From positions 1 through 23,045 of the forward strand of contig JBFMGU010000170.1 in NCBI GenBank assembly GCA_040752415.1: a stretch of DNA of 23,045 bases. The letters run 5' to 3'. Under the pieces are notes generated by a model that was given only the letters and a program-made list of their open reading frames with translations, was not told where the DNA came from and did not search any database. Positions within the stretch are counted from its first letter, which is position 1. Each line of letters begins with the position of its first letter. The position numbers and the translations under genes are program-made. Source of the DNA: Myxococcota bacterium (lineage in GTDB: Bacteria; Myxococcota; JACRCW01). This document shows, one piece after another, positions 1 to 9,291 of this stretch.

Positions 1-5
1 CCCGG

Positions 6-165
6 CCTGGAACAAGGGTCTCCTCCGCCTCGCGGCCGGGTGACCGGGGTTTCCGGTTCAATCGCCGCCAGATATTCCGAGACACCCTCTCCAGGGCGCC
101 GCTGCTTCCGCTCACCCGCTTCGTGACGCGCTCGGCACTTCCCTCCCTGCCGATTATCCGACAGC
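6..165 (-). promoter_or_regulatory. Candidate structured 5' leader / cis-regulatory RNA upstream of a gene that may begin at the window edge
   Basis: Nested complementary arms 6-22/79-95, 32-36/64-68 and 41-47/53-60, plus 132-137/148-153 and 112-115/123-126. On the - strand, GGAGGAG (26-20) precedes TTG (15-13). No RNA family recognised. Confidence 0.35.
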
Positions 166-169
166 GCTT

Positions 170-240
170 CAGAAGTCAGGACGCGACTCCGCGACGACGG
201 GTGAGCTCCTTCTGACTTCTGTATTCTGACTTCTGACTTC
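170..240. repeat. Heptamer tandem repeat (TTCTGAC)n with one inverted copy
   Basis: TTCTGAC 210-216, TTCTGTA 217-223, TTCTGAC 224-230, TTCTGAC 231-237, TTC 238-240. CAGAAGTCAG (170-179) is the exact reverse complement of CTGACTTCTG (212-221). Confidence 0.85.
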
Positions 241-260
241 CTTTTGGGATTCGGCCGACC

Positions 261-2582
261 TCAGTCAAAGATACCCTTCAGGAAGCTCCCCAGCGCGCGC
301 GGGAGACGTCGCAGCTGGCTCTCCACGTGCTGCGCCGCGTCGGCGTGGGTGGGGCAGAAGTCCACCGGGTCACGGCCGCGCCAGAACAGCTCCTGCGCGT
401 GCTCCGGGCAGCGTGTGGTGGCGCGGTGCAGGCTCTCCGTGCAGACGTCCACCCGCACCAGCTCGTCGGGAAGCGGGTCCGCGGGCGGGGGCACGTCGGC
501 GCGGATGGACTTCATGAGCGTGGCCCAGATGGGCATGGCGGCGCGGCTCCCGGTGAGCCCGGTGCTCTGCGGCTCGTCGGAGCCCACCCAAACCACCACC
601 AGCAGCTCCCGGTCAAAACCCACGAACCACGCGTCGTGGTTGTCGCTGGTGGTGCCGGTCTTGCCGGAGGCCTCGAACGTGTAGCCCAGCGTGCGCGCGT
701 TGCGCCCCGTGCCGCGGTCCAGGACGCCGCGCATCATGTCGCGCACCAGGAAGGCGTGGGTGGGATTCACCACGGGGCGGATCTCGCTGCTTCCCTCGAG
801 GAGGACCTTGCCCTCGCGGCTCAGCACGCGGTCCACCGCGTAGGGGATGCGGATGGCCCCGTCGGTGGCAACGGCGGTGAAGGCGGTGGCCACCTCCAGC
901 GGCGTCACGTCCAGCGCGCCCAGCGCCAGCGACGGCAACGGCTTGATCTCCCGCTCCACGCCCAGCTTGTGCAGCAGGTCCACGACGCGCTGCACACCCA
1001 CGTCCTGCGCCAGCTTCACGGTGGGGACGTTGATGGACTGCTCCAGCACCTCGCGCAGCGTCACCTGGCCGTGGAAGGTGTGGTCGTTGTTCACCGGCTT
1101 CCACGCCTTGCCGTGCGACTCCACGGTGATGGGCTCGTCCAGCAGCACGGTGCTGGGCCCCAGTTCCTTGCCCTTGTGCTCCAGCGCCGCCATGACGACG
1201 AGCGGCTTGAGGACCGAGCCGGGTTGTCGCTCCGCGCGCGTGACGCGGTTGAACTGGCTGGTGGCATAGGAGCGGCCGCCCACCATGGCCAGCACGCGCC
1301 CCGTGGCCGGCTGCAGCACGACGACAGCGCCCTCCAGCGGCGCGCGGCTCTGACCGTCCAGCTTCTTGAGCCCGTCCTCCAGGGCCTTTTCCGCGGCGCG
1401 CTGGATGCGCACGTCCAGCGTGGTCTCGATGGAGTACCCGTCGACGGAGAACTCGGCTTCCGGGAAGACCGCGCTCACCTGCTCACTGACGTGATCCACG
1501 TAGTACGGCGCGGTGCGCTGCCCCGAGCTGCCCGGCTTGAGCGTGATGGCTCTTCCCGCGGCCTTGTCGTGCTCGGCCTGCGTGATGAATCCCTGCTCCA
1601 GCATCCGTCCCAGCACCACGTTCCGACGGGCGAGCGCCTTGTCCGGATGACGGTCCGGCGCGTAGCCGTTGGGGGCCTGAATGATGCCGGCAAGCAGCGC
1701 CGCCTCGTCGAGGCTGAGGTCCTGCACGCGCTTGGAGAAGTACGCGTGGGCGGCCTCCCCCATGCCGGAGATGGACACCGCGCCGCGCTGACCCAGGTAG
1801 ATCTCGTTGAGGTACAGCTCCAGGATGCGCTCCTTGGGAAGCTGCATCTCCAGCGCGAGCGCGTAGAACGCCTCCTTCAGCTTCCGGCTCAGCGTCTTCT
1901 CCGGCGAGAGGAAATAGCTGCGCGCCAGCTGCTGCGTGATGGTGCTGGCGCCCTGCGCCGCGCCGCCATGACGCAGGTTGGCCACCACCGCCCGCGCAAT
2001 CCCCCGCACGTCCACGCCAAAGTGCTGGAAGAAGCGCTTGTCCTCGACGGCAACCACCGCGTTGATGAGCACCTTGGGGAAGCTCTTGAACGGGACCGGC
2101 TGACGCAGCGCCTGGTCGGCCTGACGCATCTCCGCGAAGCTCGCCGGCGGCAGCAGCGCCTCCTTGACCGGTTTGCCGGCGTGCTTGAGGTCCTTCACCT
2201 CGCCCGCCTGCACGGTGAGCTGGACCGTCTGCGTGGGCGACGCGCGCCCGCCCGGCCACGACGGAAACGCGCGGACCTGGAAGCGTCCCTCGCCGAGCGC
2301 CTTGAAGTCGCCAGGTGAGGCCACGCTGCCCACGCGGTGGTAGCCCATGCCCTCCAGCGTCTTGTCCAGCGGGCCCGGCGGGACGCGGCCGCCCACGCGC
2401 AACGAAACCGTCGACGGGTAGAGCCGCGAAGGGACGTCCCACACGCGCCCGGACATGCTCACGTCCACCTGGCGCAAAGCCGCCAGCAACGTCACGCCGG
2501 CAAGCCCCGCCACGACGCCCAACCCCAGCAGCGTGACGCCGAGGAGATGCCTGGTCAGTCGTTTCTTCTTGGCAGGGCTCAT
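261..2582 (-). CDS. mrcB: Class A bifunctional penicillin-binding protein, PBP1B-like (transglycosylase + transpeptidase)
   Basis: Basic N-terminus and TM anchor; UB2H-like insert (LEGMGYHRVGSVASPGDF); GT51 motifs EDKRFFQHFGVD, GASTITQQL, RKLKE, YLNEIYLG; transpeptidase motifs SVLK, SIN, KTG. Confidence 0.9.
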   Translation of the reverse strand: MSPAKKKRLTRHLLGVTLLGLGVVAGLAGVTLLAALRQVDVSMSGRVWDVPSRLYPSTVSLRVGGRVPPGPLDKTLEGMGYHRVGSVASPGDFKALGEGRFQVRAFPSWPGGRASPTQTVQLTVQAGEVKDLKHAGKPVKEALLPPASFAEMRQADQALRQPVPFKSFPKVLINAVVAVEDKRFFQHFGVDVRGIARAVVANLRHGGAAQGASTITQQLARSYFLSPEKTLSRKLKEAFYALALEMQLPKERILELYLNEIYLGQRGAVSISGMGEAAHAYFSKRVQDLSLDEAALLAGIIQAPNGYAPDRHPDKALARRNVVLGRMLEQGFITQAEHDKAAGRAITLKPGSSGQRTAPYYVDHVSEQVSAVFPEAEFSVDGYSIETTLDVRIQRAAEKALEDGLKKLDGQSRAPLEGAVVVLQPATGRVLAMVGGRSYATSQFNRVTRAERQPGSVLKPLVVMAALEHKGKELGPSTVLLDEPITVESHGKAWKPVNNDHTFHGQVTLREVLEQSINVPTVKLAQDVGVQRVVDLLHKLGVEREIKPLPSLALGALDVTPLEVATAFTAVATDGAIRIPYAVDRVLSREGKVLLEGSSEIRPVVNPTHAFLVRDMMRGVLDRGTGRNARTLGYTFEASGKTGTTSDNHDAWFVGFDRELLVVVWVGSDEPQSTGLTGSRAAMPIWATLMKSIRADVPPPADPLPDELVRVDVCTESLHRATTRCPEHAQELFWRGRDPVDFCPTHADAAQHVESQLRRLPRALGSFLKGIFD

Positions 2583-2765
2583 GGTCCGGCTGGGGCTTGG
2601 GGGCCGGCGTTTATACCTGGCCGGGCTCTCATTTCAGGTGTTTCCGAAAAGGCCCCTGATGGCGTTCCCGTCTGGGCCGGGTTCACGACGTCTGCAATCC
2701 CGACGTGCATCTTGTTCTGACGCAGCCGGCCTCGGCGGAGCGGGCGGATTGTCCTACGCAGCCCC

Positions 2766-4499
2766 TCACCTCAGCTCGCGGGAGACCATGACGGCGCCGT
2801 TCTCGGGCACGTCCACCACCACGCTGCCCATCACCTGCTGCTCGTCGTTGCGGAGCTCCAGGGTGTGTCGCCCCGCGGCGACGACGAGTTGGGAGACCGG
2901 TGTGAAACGTCCCGTGTCCGCCCCGTCGATGAACAGGCGCGCCCAGGGGCGGCTCTGCACGGTGAGCATGCCGGTGGGCTCATGGCGCGCTGAAGCCAGG
3001 ACGGTGTGGCCCTGCGGGTGCGCGCCGCTGAGCGGACCCGCTTCGCGCAGGACGAAGTCCAACGAAGCCGGAGCCCGTCGGGGAACCAGGCTCTGTTGCA
3101 CCGTGGCGTAGCCGGGGAGGGAGAGCATGAGCACCATGGGCGCGTCGCCGTAGATGCGCACGCGCGTGGGCGTAAAACCCACCATCTCACCGTCGAGGAT
3201 CACCGCGGCGCCGGGCGGCGTGGAGGCGATGTCGACGTCGACGGGCGGCAGGTCCGGGTGCTCGCGGCCAATGGTGGCGGAGGGAGTACGCGCCGGGTGG
3301 GACTCCACGGCCACGGCGGAAGGCACCAGCGCGCTGACCACGCCGGCCACGCCCATCAGTCCCACCAGCGCACCCATCACGGCGGCGGTGGAGACGCGTG
3401 ACTCCCGTCGTGGCGGCGGGAGGACCCGGGTTCCCGTGGTGGGCGCCACGCGCGGACGGGCCTGCCCCGGGTCGGTCACGCCGCCCAGGCTGCGACGGAT
3501 GGTGCGCGTGGGCTCCTGTCCGTCGAGCGCCAGGTCCGCCATCTCCTGCGCCAGCACCGCCTGGGTCCGTTCCTCGTGCGCAATCTCCGTCGGGAAGAGC
3601 TGGTGCATCACCGCGGTCACGTCGCCCTGGTCCGCGTGCCAGCCCAACGCCACGTTCATGTCACGCACGGCGGCAAGGAACCCCCGCGCGTCGGGGAAAC
3701 GGTCCTCCGGGTTGGGTGCCAACGCGCGGTACACCACCTGCGCGGCCTGTTCCGGGACGTCCACGCCCAGCTCGTCAAAACGCGGGTAGGTTCCGGCCGC
3801 GGCCTCATTCATCAACCGCCGGTCGCCCACCGCGCGACGCATCCGTTCCGCCGTGATGAGCTCATGCAGGATCACGCCCACGGAGTAGAGGTCGCTGCGC
3901 GGGTCCACCGGGCGACCGTCCACCTGCTCTGGGCTCATGTACCCGAGCTTGCCCTTGATGGCGCCGTCCTCCGTCTCCGTCCGACGGATGGTGGTCTTGG
4001 CAATGCCAAAGTCCCCCAGCTTCACCGCACCGTCGTGGGCCACCAGGATGTTCTGTGGGCTGACGTCGCGGTGGATGATGCCCAGCGGCTCACCTTTCAG
4101 GTTGCGCTTGGCATGTGCGTACGCCAGCGCCTCCAGGACCTGCGAGGCCAGGTGGAAACACACCGGCAGGGGGAGGCGGACCTGCTGCTCCCGGGCGGCC
4201 TCCGCCACCGCCGTCAGTGAGCAGCCCGTCACGTATTCCATGACGAGGAAGTAGTGACGCTCGTGACGCCCCAGCTCGAACACCTGGAGGATGTTGGGGT
4301 GATGCAACGAGGAAGCCAGCTTGGCCTCGTCGATGAACATGGTGACGTAGGAGATCTGGTCCGCCAGGTGCAGGAGGATCCGTTTGACGGCAACCTCACG
4401 CGTGAAGCCGGCGGTTCCGACGACAGCGGCGCGGAAGACCTCCGCCATGCCGCCCACCGCAATCCGCTCCAGGAGGACGTAACGTCCAAACCGCTCCAT
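2766..4499 (-). CDS. Membrane Hanks-type Ser/Thr protein kinase with C-terminal PEGA-like domains
   Basis: IAVGGMAEVF, VAVK, HRDVSPQNIL, DFG, GKLGYMSPEQ; one TM segment; PEGA-like STPPGAAVILDG and QSRPWARLFIDG. Start set at ATG 4499 (MERFGRY; GAGG 8 nt upstream) rather than the ORF-track start 4634. Confidence 0.92.
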   Translation of the reverse strand: MERFGRYVLLERIAVGGMAEVFRAAVVGTAGFTREVAVKRILLHLADQISYVTMFIDEAKLASSLHHPNILQVFELGRHERHYFLVMEYVTGCSLTAVAEAAREQQVRLPLPVCFHLASQVLEALAYAHAKRNLKGEPLGIIHRDVSPQNILVAHDGAVKLGDFGIAKTTIRRTETEDGAIKGKLGYMSPEQVDGRPVDPRSDLYSVGVILHELITAERMRRAVGDRRLMNEAAAGTYPRFDELGVDVPEQAAQVVYRALAPNPEDRFPDARGFLAAVRDMNVALGWHADQGDVTAVMHQLFPTEIAHEERTQAVLAQEMADLALDGQEPTRTIRRSLGGVTDPGQARPRVAPTTGTRVLPPPRRESRVSTAAVMGALVGLMGVAGVVSALVPSAVAVESHPARTPSATIGREHPDLPPVDVDIASTPPGAAVILDGEMVGFTPTRVRIYGDAPMVLMLSLPGYATVQQSLVPRRAPASLDFVLREAGPLSGAHPQGHTVLASARHEPTGMLTVQSRPWARLFIDGADTGRFTPVSQLVVAAGRHTLELRNDEQQVMGSVVVDVPENGAVMVSRELR

Positions 4500-4640
4500 C
4501 CGCTGCGCCTCGGTCACGAGCTCCCGGCCCCGCGACGGGAGTGATCCGGGTCTTAGTGCCGGGCGTCGACGACCGCAGGCCGACGGGCGGAAGGAGGATG
4601 CGCGCTCCGACGACACCACATCCTGCGCACGCACCTTCCG

Positions 4641-6161
4641 TCACACGTCCCTGAGCACCTGGTGGGCTGCGTTGAATCCGCACATCCCGTGCACACCTGC
4701 GCCGGGGTGCGCATAGCTGGAGCAGAGATACAGACCAGCGACGGGCGTGCGGTAGCGGAAGTAGGGGAACACGGGACGGAACAGGAGCTGGCGGTGCCAC
4801 GCGTTGCTGCCCCCGCCGATGTCGCCGCCCAGCAGGTTGGCGTCCATCACCTGCAGGTCCACCGGCGCCACCACGCGGCGGGCCAGGATGTGACGACGGA
4901 AACCAGGCGCCAGCCGCTCAATGCGCGCGTCGACGCGGTCCGCGAAGGCTTCCTTGTGCGCGTCCCAACCGCCTTCCACCGACGAGGGAACACGCGAATA
5001 CGCCCACAGCGTGTGCTGTCCCGGCGGCGCGCGGGAAGGGTCCATCAGGCTCTGCTGGCCGACCACCAGGTACGGATTGTCGGGGAGCTGACCGCTGCGG
5101 ACCTGGCGCGTGAAGCGGCTGAGATCGTCCAGGCTGTCACCGGCGTGCACCACCGCGCTCCGACGGGCGAGCTCCTCCGACCACGGCACCGGCGCGCTCA
5201 GCGCCCAGTCCACCTTGAAGGTGCCCCACCCGTGCGGGAAGTGCTTCATCCGTCGCTGCACGAAGCCGGGAACCAGGTGCCGGTCCAGCAGGTCCAGGAA
5301 CAATGACTCCGCGCTGGTGTTCGCCAGGATGGCGCGACGGGCCACCAGCTCCTCGCCACCCGCCAGCTCCACCGCGTGCGCGCGGCCTTGCGCCACGACG
5401 ATGCGCTCCACCCGCGCGCCGAGCTTCACCTCGCCACCGTGGGCACGCAGCAGGGACACCAGCGCGTCGGTAAGGGCCTGCGCGCCGCCCTTGGGCACGG
5501 GATATCCGCCGGTGGTGGCGGTGAGGCCCAGCATGTAGCCCAGCGCGGCGCCGAACCTGTCATCCGGTCCCACGTCGACGTGGAGCGCCAGGCCGGGGAG
5601 CACGCGACGCGCCGCTTCCGTGCGGAACAGCCGCGTGGACAGCCCGCGCCCCGACGACATGGCGATGATGGCCAGCTTGAGGAGGTCCACCGGCAACAGC
5701 CGGAGCATGGGCATGACGGCGGGGAATGGTCCCAGCAGCGCGCCCAGGATGTCCTTCTCCACGCTGCCATGCCAGCGCGCCAGCTTGCGCCAGGCCGCGC
5801 CGTCCTCGGGGGAGCCGAAGTGACGAGCGCTGACCTCGTGGTCACGGGAGATGCAGGCCACGGTCCCGTCGGGCGCGGGGTGACAGCTCTCCAGCTCCAT
5901 GTGCAGCCAGCTCAGCCCATGACCCACCAGGTCCAGCGACTGGAACGCGGGGCTGGTCTTGCCAAACGGGAAGAACCCCGCGCCCACGTCGTGGATGAAG
6001 CCGGGAAGGGTGGCCTGCTCCGAGCCCAGCGCACCGCCCGCACGACGGGGATTGGCCTCCAACACCGTGACCTTCATGCCCGCGCGTGCCAGCACGCACG
6101 CCGCCACCAGGCCGTTGGGCCCGGAACCGATGACCAGGATGTCGTTGTCGGCGTTGTGCAT
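4641..6161 (-). CDS. Phytoene desaturase-family NAD(P)/FAD-dependent oxidoreductase
   Basis: N-terminal dinucleotide-binding motif LVIGSGPNGL; C-terminal YRTPVAGLYLCSSYAHPGAGVHGMCG typical of this family. Substrate unknown. Confidence 0.88.
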   Translation of the reverse strand: MHNADNDILVIGSGPNGLVAACVLARAGMKVTVLEANPRRAGGALGSEQATLPGFIHDVGAGFFPFGKTSPAFQSLDLVGHGLSWLHMELESCHPAPDGTVACISRDHEVSARHFGSPEDGAAWRKLARWHGSVEKDILGALLGPFPAVMPMLRLLPVDLLKLAIIAMSSGRGLSTRLFRTEAARRVLPGLALHVDVGPDDRFGAALGYMLGLTATTGGYPVPKGGAQALTDALVSLLRAHGGEVKLGARVERIVVAQGRAHAVELAGGEELVARRAILANTSAESLFLDLLDRHLVPGFVQRRMKHFPHGWGTFKVDWALSAPVPWSEELARRSAVVHAGDSLDDLSRFTRQVRSGQLPDNPYLVVGQQSLMDPSRAPPGQHTLWAYSRVPSSVEGGWDAHKEAFADRVDARIERLAPGFRRHILARRVVAPVDLQVMDANLLGGDIGGGSNAWHRQLLFRPVFPYFRYRTPVAGLYLCSSYAHPGAGVHGMCGFNAAHQVLRDV

Positions 6162-6272
6162 GGTGGGCGACGTCGCAGCAGGGCTTCTATCATACCGAGG
6201 TCGTCACCGGGCTGATTGTTTCGGGCAGATGAAGAGCCGGGTTGTCATGTCACGGCGTGATAGAAACCGGGC

Positions 6273-7448
6273 ATGCGCCTGCTGAGCTTTGCCTTGTTCT
6301 TCTCCGTGGCCGCCACGGTGACCGGCCTGATGCATCGCTACGTGTGGGTCCGCCTGGTGCGTGACGCCAACCTGCCCCCGCCGTGGCCGCGCGTGCTGGC
6401 CATTGCGCTGACGGTGATGGCGGTGGCCATGCCGCTCTCGATGCTGCTCATGCGCGTGCTGCCGCCGCAGGTGCACCGCGTGCTGGCCTGGCCCGTCTTC
6501 ACGTGGATGGGCGCCATGTTCATGATGACCATGTTGCTGCTGGGCTCCGACGTGCTGCGCGTGCTGTTGGAGCGCCTGATGCGCGCCGCCGACGTGGGTC
6601 CGAACCTGGACGCGGAGCGTCGCGTCTTCCTGCAGCGCGCGTTTGCCTCCGCGGCCACCGTGGGCGTGACGGGCGCGGCCGCCATCTCCATGCGTCACGC
6701 GTTGGGCGGCGCGCACGTGAAGGACGTGGAGGTGACGCTGCAGCGGCTGCCTCCGTCGCTGGATGGGCTGAAGCTGGTGCAGATGACCGACGTGCACGTG
6801 GGGCCCACCATCGGTCGCGAGTACATCGAGCGGCTGGTGCAGCAGGCCAATGAGCTGAACCCGGATGTCGTGGCCATCACCGGTGACCTCGTCGACGGCT
6901 CGGTGGAGCAGCTGCGTCACGCGGTGGAGCCGCTGAAGGACCTGGTGGCACGTCGCGGGGTCTACTTCGTCACCGGGAACCACGAGTACTACTCCGGCGC
7001 CGACGAGTGGCTGCACGAGCTGGAGCGCTTGCGCATCCACGTGCTGCGCAATGAGCGCGTCTCCATTGGTGACGACGTCAGTTCGTTCGACCTCGCGGGC
7101 ATCAACGACTACTCCGCCGGCCAGTTCGGCACTGCGCCGGACCTGGCGCGCGCGCTCTCCGGTCGCGACGACAAGCGTGAGTTGGTCCTGCTGGCACACC
7201 AACCGCGCGCCATGACGGACGCCCTGCGGCACAACGTGGGACTGATGCTCAGCGGCCACACGCACGGCGGACAGATCTGGCCCTGGAATCACATGGTGCG
7301 GCTGCAGACGCCGTATGTGCACGGGCTCTACCGGGAGGGTCAGACGCAGGTCTACGTGAGCCCGGGCACGGGCTACTGGGGCCCGCCCATGCGCCTGGGT
7401 ACCACCTCGGAGATTTCCAAGGTCATCCTGCGCGCGGCCCGGGCCTGA
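6273..7448 (+). CDS. Membrane-anchored metallophosphoesterase, YkuE-like (calcineurin-like)
   Basis: Motifs DVHVG, TGDLVDG, GNHE, LAHQP, GHTHGGQ; about four N-terminal hydrophobic segments. Confidence 0.92.
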   Translation: MRLLSFALFFSVAATVTGLMHRYVWVRLVRDANLPPPWPRVLAIALTVMAVAMPLSMLLMRVLPPQVHRVLAWPVFTWMGAMFMMTMLLLGSDVLRVLLERLMRAADVGPNLDAERRVFLQRAFASAATVGVTGAAAISMRHALGGAHVKDVEVTLQRLPPSLDGLKLVQMTDVHVGPTIGREYIERLVQQANELNPDVVAITGDLVDGSVEQLRHAVEPLKDLVARRGVYFVTGNHEYYSGADEWLHELERLRIHVLRNERVSIGDDVSSFDLAGINDYSAGQFGTAPDLARALSGRDDKRELVLLAHQPRAMTDALRHNVGLMLSGHTHGGQIWPWNHMVRLQTPYVHGLYREGQTQVYVSPGTGYWGPPMRLGTTSEISKVILRAARA

Positions 7449-7527
7449 AGCGTTGTTCCGTCGGCACTTGGCAGCCGGGCGACTCGGTGGGAAAACGCCA
7501 CGCCTCCATCAGCCGCGGTCTCATCTC

Positions 7528-9234
7528 ATGAAGCTTCCCACTCCGCAGGATGTCCTCGGTACCGTCCGGCGACTCGTCAACGATCCGCCGGCCCGACGGC
7601 TGGAACGCTTTGTCCGCGTGGGCCGCCAGGTTGGGCTCCAGACGGAGTTCCATCCCGGACGCGTTCCCGCGCTGCTCTCCGCGACGGTGCAGCTGGGCCT
7701 CAAGACGCGCGCCATTCACGCGCTCCATGCCCTCAACACGCCGGACCGCCTGGCGCTGGTGGATGAGCGCCGCTCCCTCACGTACGCGGAGGCCTCCGAC
7801 GAGATGAACCGCCTGGGCAACGCGCTCCACTCGCACTTTGGCGTGGTGGGCCGCACGCCGGTGGTGCTCATGATGGAGAACTGCGTCGAGTACGTGGTGG
7901 CGTGGTTTGCGTTGGCGCGCCTGGGAGCGGCGGCGGTGCATGCCAGCTACCGGCTGACGCCGAGGGAGCTGGAGTACCTGGTGCGGCACAGCGGCGCGCG
8001 CGTGGCCATTGTCTCGGAGAGCGCGCACGCCTGCGCGGCGCAACTGCAGAAGGACGCGCCGGACTTGAATCTCCGTCTCATCGTCGTCTCGGACCAACCG
8101 CACGCGGGTGCGGAACGCTACGGGTCCCTGCTTTCCGGCGTGAGCAACGCGCCCCCTCCGCGCGACGCCGCCGTGCAGAGCGAGAACGTGGTGTACACCT
8201 CAGGCACGACGGGAAAGCCCAAGGGCGCCGTGCGCGACTTCGCGTCCATTGGCGTCACCGAGCTGATGCGTGTGTTGGAGCGGCTGCCGTTCAGGATGGG
8301 TGAGCGGCACCTCGTGGTCTCGCCCGTCTATCACTCCGCGGGACAGGTGTTCACGTTGCTGCACGCCGCGCTGGGCTCCACGGTCTACCTGCGTCCCCAC
8401 TTCGATCCCGAGGACACGCTGAAGGCGCTCTCACGCTGGGGCATCAACAGCATCTTCCTGGTCCCGACGATGCTGCGTCGCCTGGTGACGTTGGCACCGG
8501 AGCTGTTTGGCCAGAATCCCACGCCGTACCTGCGCGGCATTGTCTCCGGCGCCGCGGAGTTCCCGCACAGCCTGCGCATGGCGGCCATTGAGCGCTTTGG
8601 CGCGCACGCCATCCATGACTTCTACGGCGCCACCGAGCTGGGCTGGGTCACCATCATCAACGGCGAGGAGATGCTACGGAAGCCCGGGAGCGTGGGGCGG
8701 CCGCTGGCGGGCCAGCAGGTGCGCATCCTCGACGAGCAGGGGCATGAGCAGAAGCCGGGCACCGTGGGGCTCATCTACGTGCGCAATGACCAGACCATGG
8801 CCGGCTATCTCCACGACGAGGCCGCCACCTCCGACACGCGCCGCGGCGAGTGGATGACGGTGGAGGACCTGGGCTACATCGACGAGGACGGCTACCTGTT
8901 CCTGGCCGGGCGCGCGCGCGACATGGTCAAGAGCGGCGGCGTCAACATCTATCCCGTCGAGATCGAGGAGGTGCTGGCGCGTCATCCCGCCGTGGCGGAG
9001 GTGGCGGTGATTGGCATCCCGGACCCGGATTGGGGTGAGAAGCTCGTCGGGGTGGTGGTGCCGCGGACCAAGGACCTGGACCCCGCCGACCTGGAGCGGT
9101 TTGGTCGTGAGCACCTGGCGTCGCTCAAGGTTCCCAAGGTGTGGCACCTGGTGGCGGAGCTGCCGCGCAATGCCACGGGCAAGGTGCTGAAGAAGGAGCT
9201 GCGCCAGCGCTTTGGGCCTCCGTCGGCGCGCTGA
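7528..9234 (+). CDS. AMP-binding acyl-CoA synthetase (class I adenylate-forming enzyme)
   Basis: YTSGTTGKPKG, FYGATE, DLGYIDEDGYLFLAGRARDMVKSGGVNIYP, LPRNATGKVLK. Start set at ATG 7528; exact start uncertain. Confidence 0.92.
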   Translation: MKLPTPQDVLGTVRRLVNDPPARRLERFVRVGRQVGLQTEFHPGRVPALLSATVQLGLKTRAIHALHALNTPDRLALVDERRSLTYAEASDEMNRLGNALHSHFGVVGRTPVVLMMENCVEYVVAWFALARLGAAAVHASYRLTPRELEYLVRHSGARVAIVSESAHACAAQLQKDAPDLNLRLIVVSDQPHAGAERYGSLLSGVSNAPPPRDAAVQSENVVYTSGTTGKPKGAVRDFASIGVTELMRVLERLPFRMGERHLVVSPVYHSAGQVFTLLHAALGSTVYLRPHFDPEDTLKALSRWGINSIFLVPTMLRRLVTLAPELFGQNPTPYLRGIVSGAAEFPHSLRMAAIERFGAHAIHDFYGATELGWVTIINGEEMLRKPGSVGRPLAGQQVRILDEQGHEQKPGTVGLIYVRNDQTMAGYLHDEAATSDTRRGEWMTVEDLGYIDEDGYLFLAGRARDMVKSGGVNIYPVEIEEVLARHPAVAEVAVIGIPDPDWGEKLVGVVVPRTKDLDPADLERFGREHLASLKVPKVWHLVAELPRNATGKVLKKELRQRFGPPSAR

Positions 9235-9291
9235 CGTTTTCCGACGTGGCGCTTGCCGCGCGAGACGGCGTTCCGCACATTGGCGTTCCCC

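Noticed and set aside
101..128. SRP RNA-like GGAAGCAGC on the - strand; 6S RNA and Pxr were also considered for 1-165
   Set aside because: The SRP CAGG...GGAA tetraloop context is missing, and I could not match 6S or Pxr conserved elements.
210..240. CRISPR array
   Set aside because: 7-nt tandem units with no spacers and no cas genes.
327..2318. 663-aa + strand ORF, and similar long ORFs at 13473-15086, 15102-16757, 18185-19513 and 20080-21870
   Set aside because: Antisense shadows of well-supported genes. High-GC codon bias suppresses stops on the opposite strand, and the translations have no motifs.
2690..2712. Possible sigma54 promoter (TGCACG...TTGCA on the - strand)
   Set aside because: Lacks the invariant GG placed 10 nt before the GC.
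4500..4634. N-terminal extension of the first kinase in the ORF track
   Set aside because: Low-complexity Arg/Ser/Pro sequence; the paralogue starts at the equivalent MER(L/F)G and a ribosome-binding site precedes 4499.
4641..6161. Calling this gene crtI / a carotenoid cluster
   Set aside because: Only family-level motifs; no crtB/crtE neighbours.
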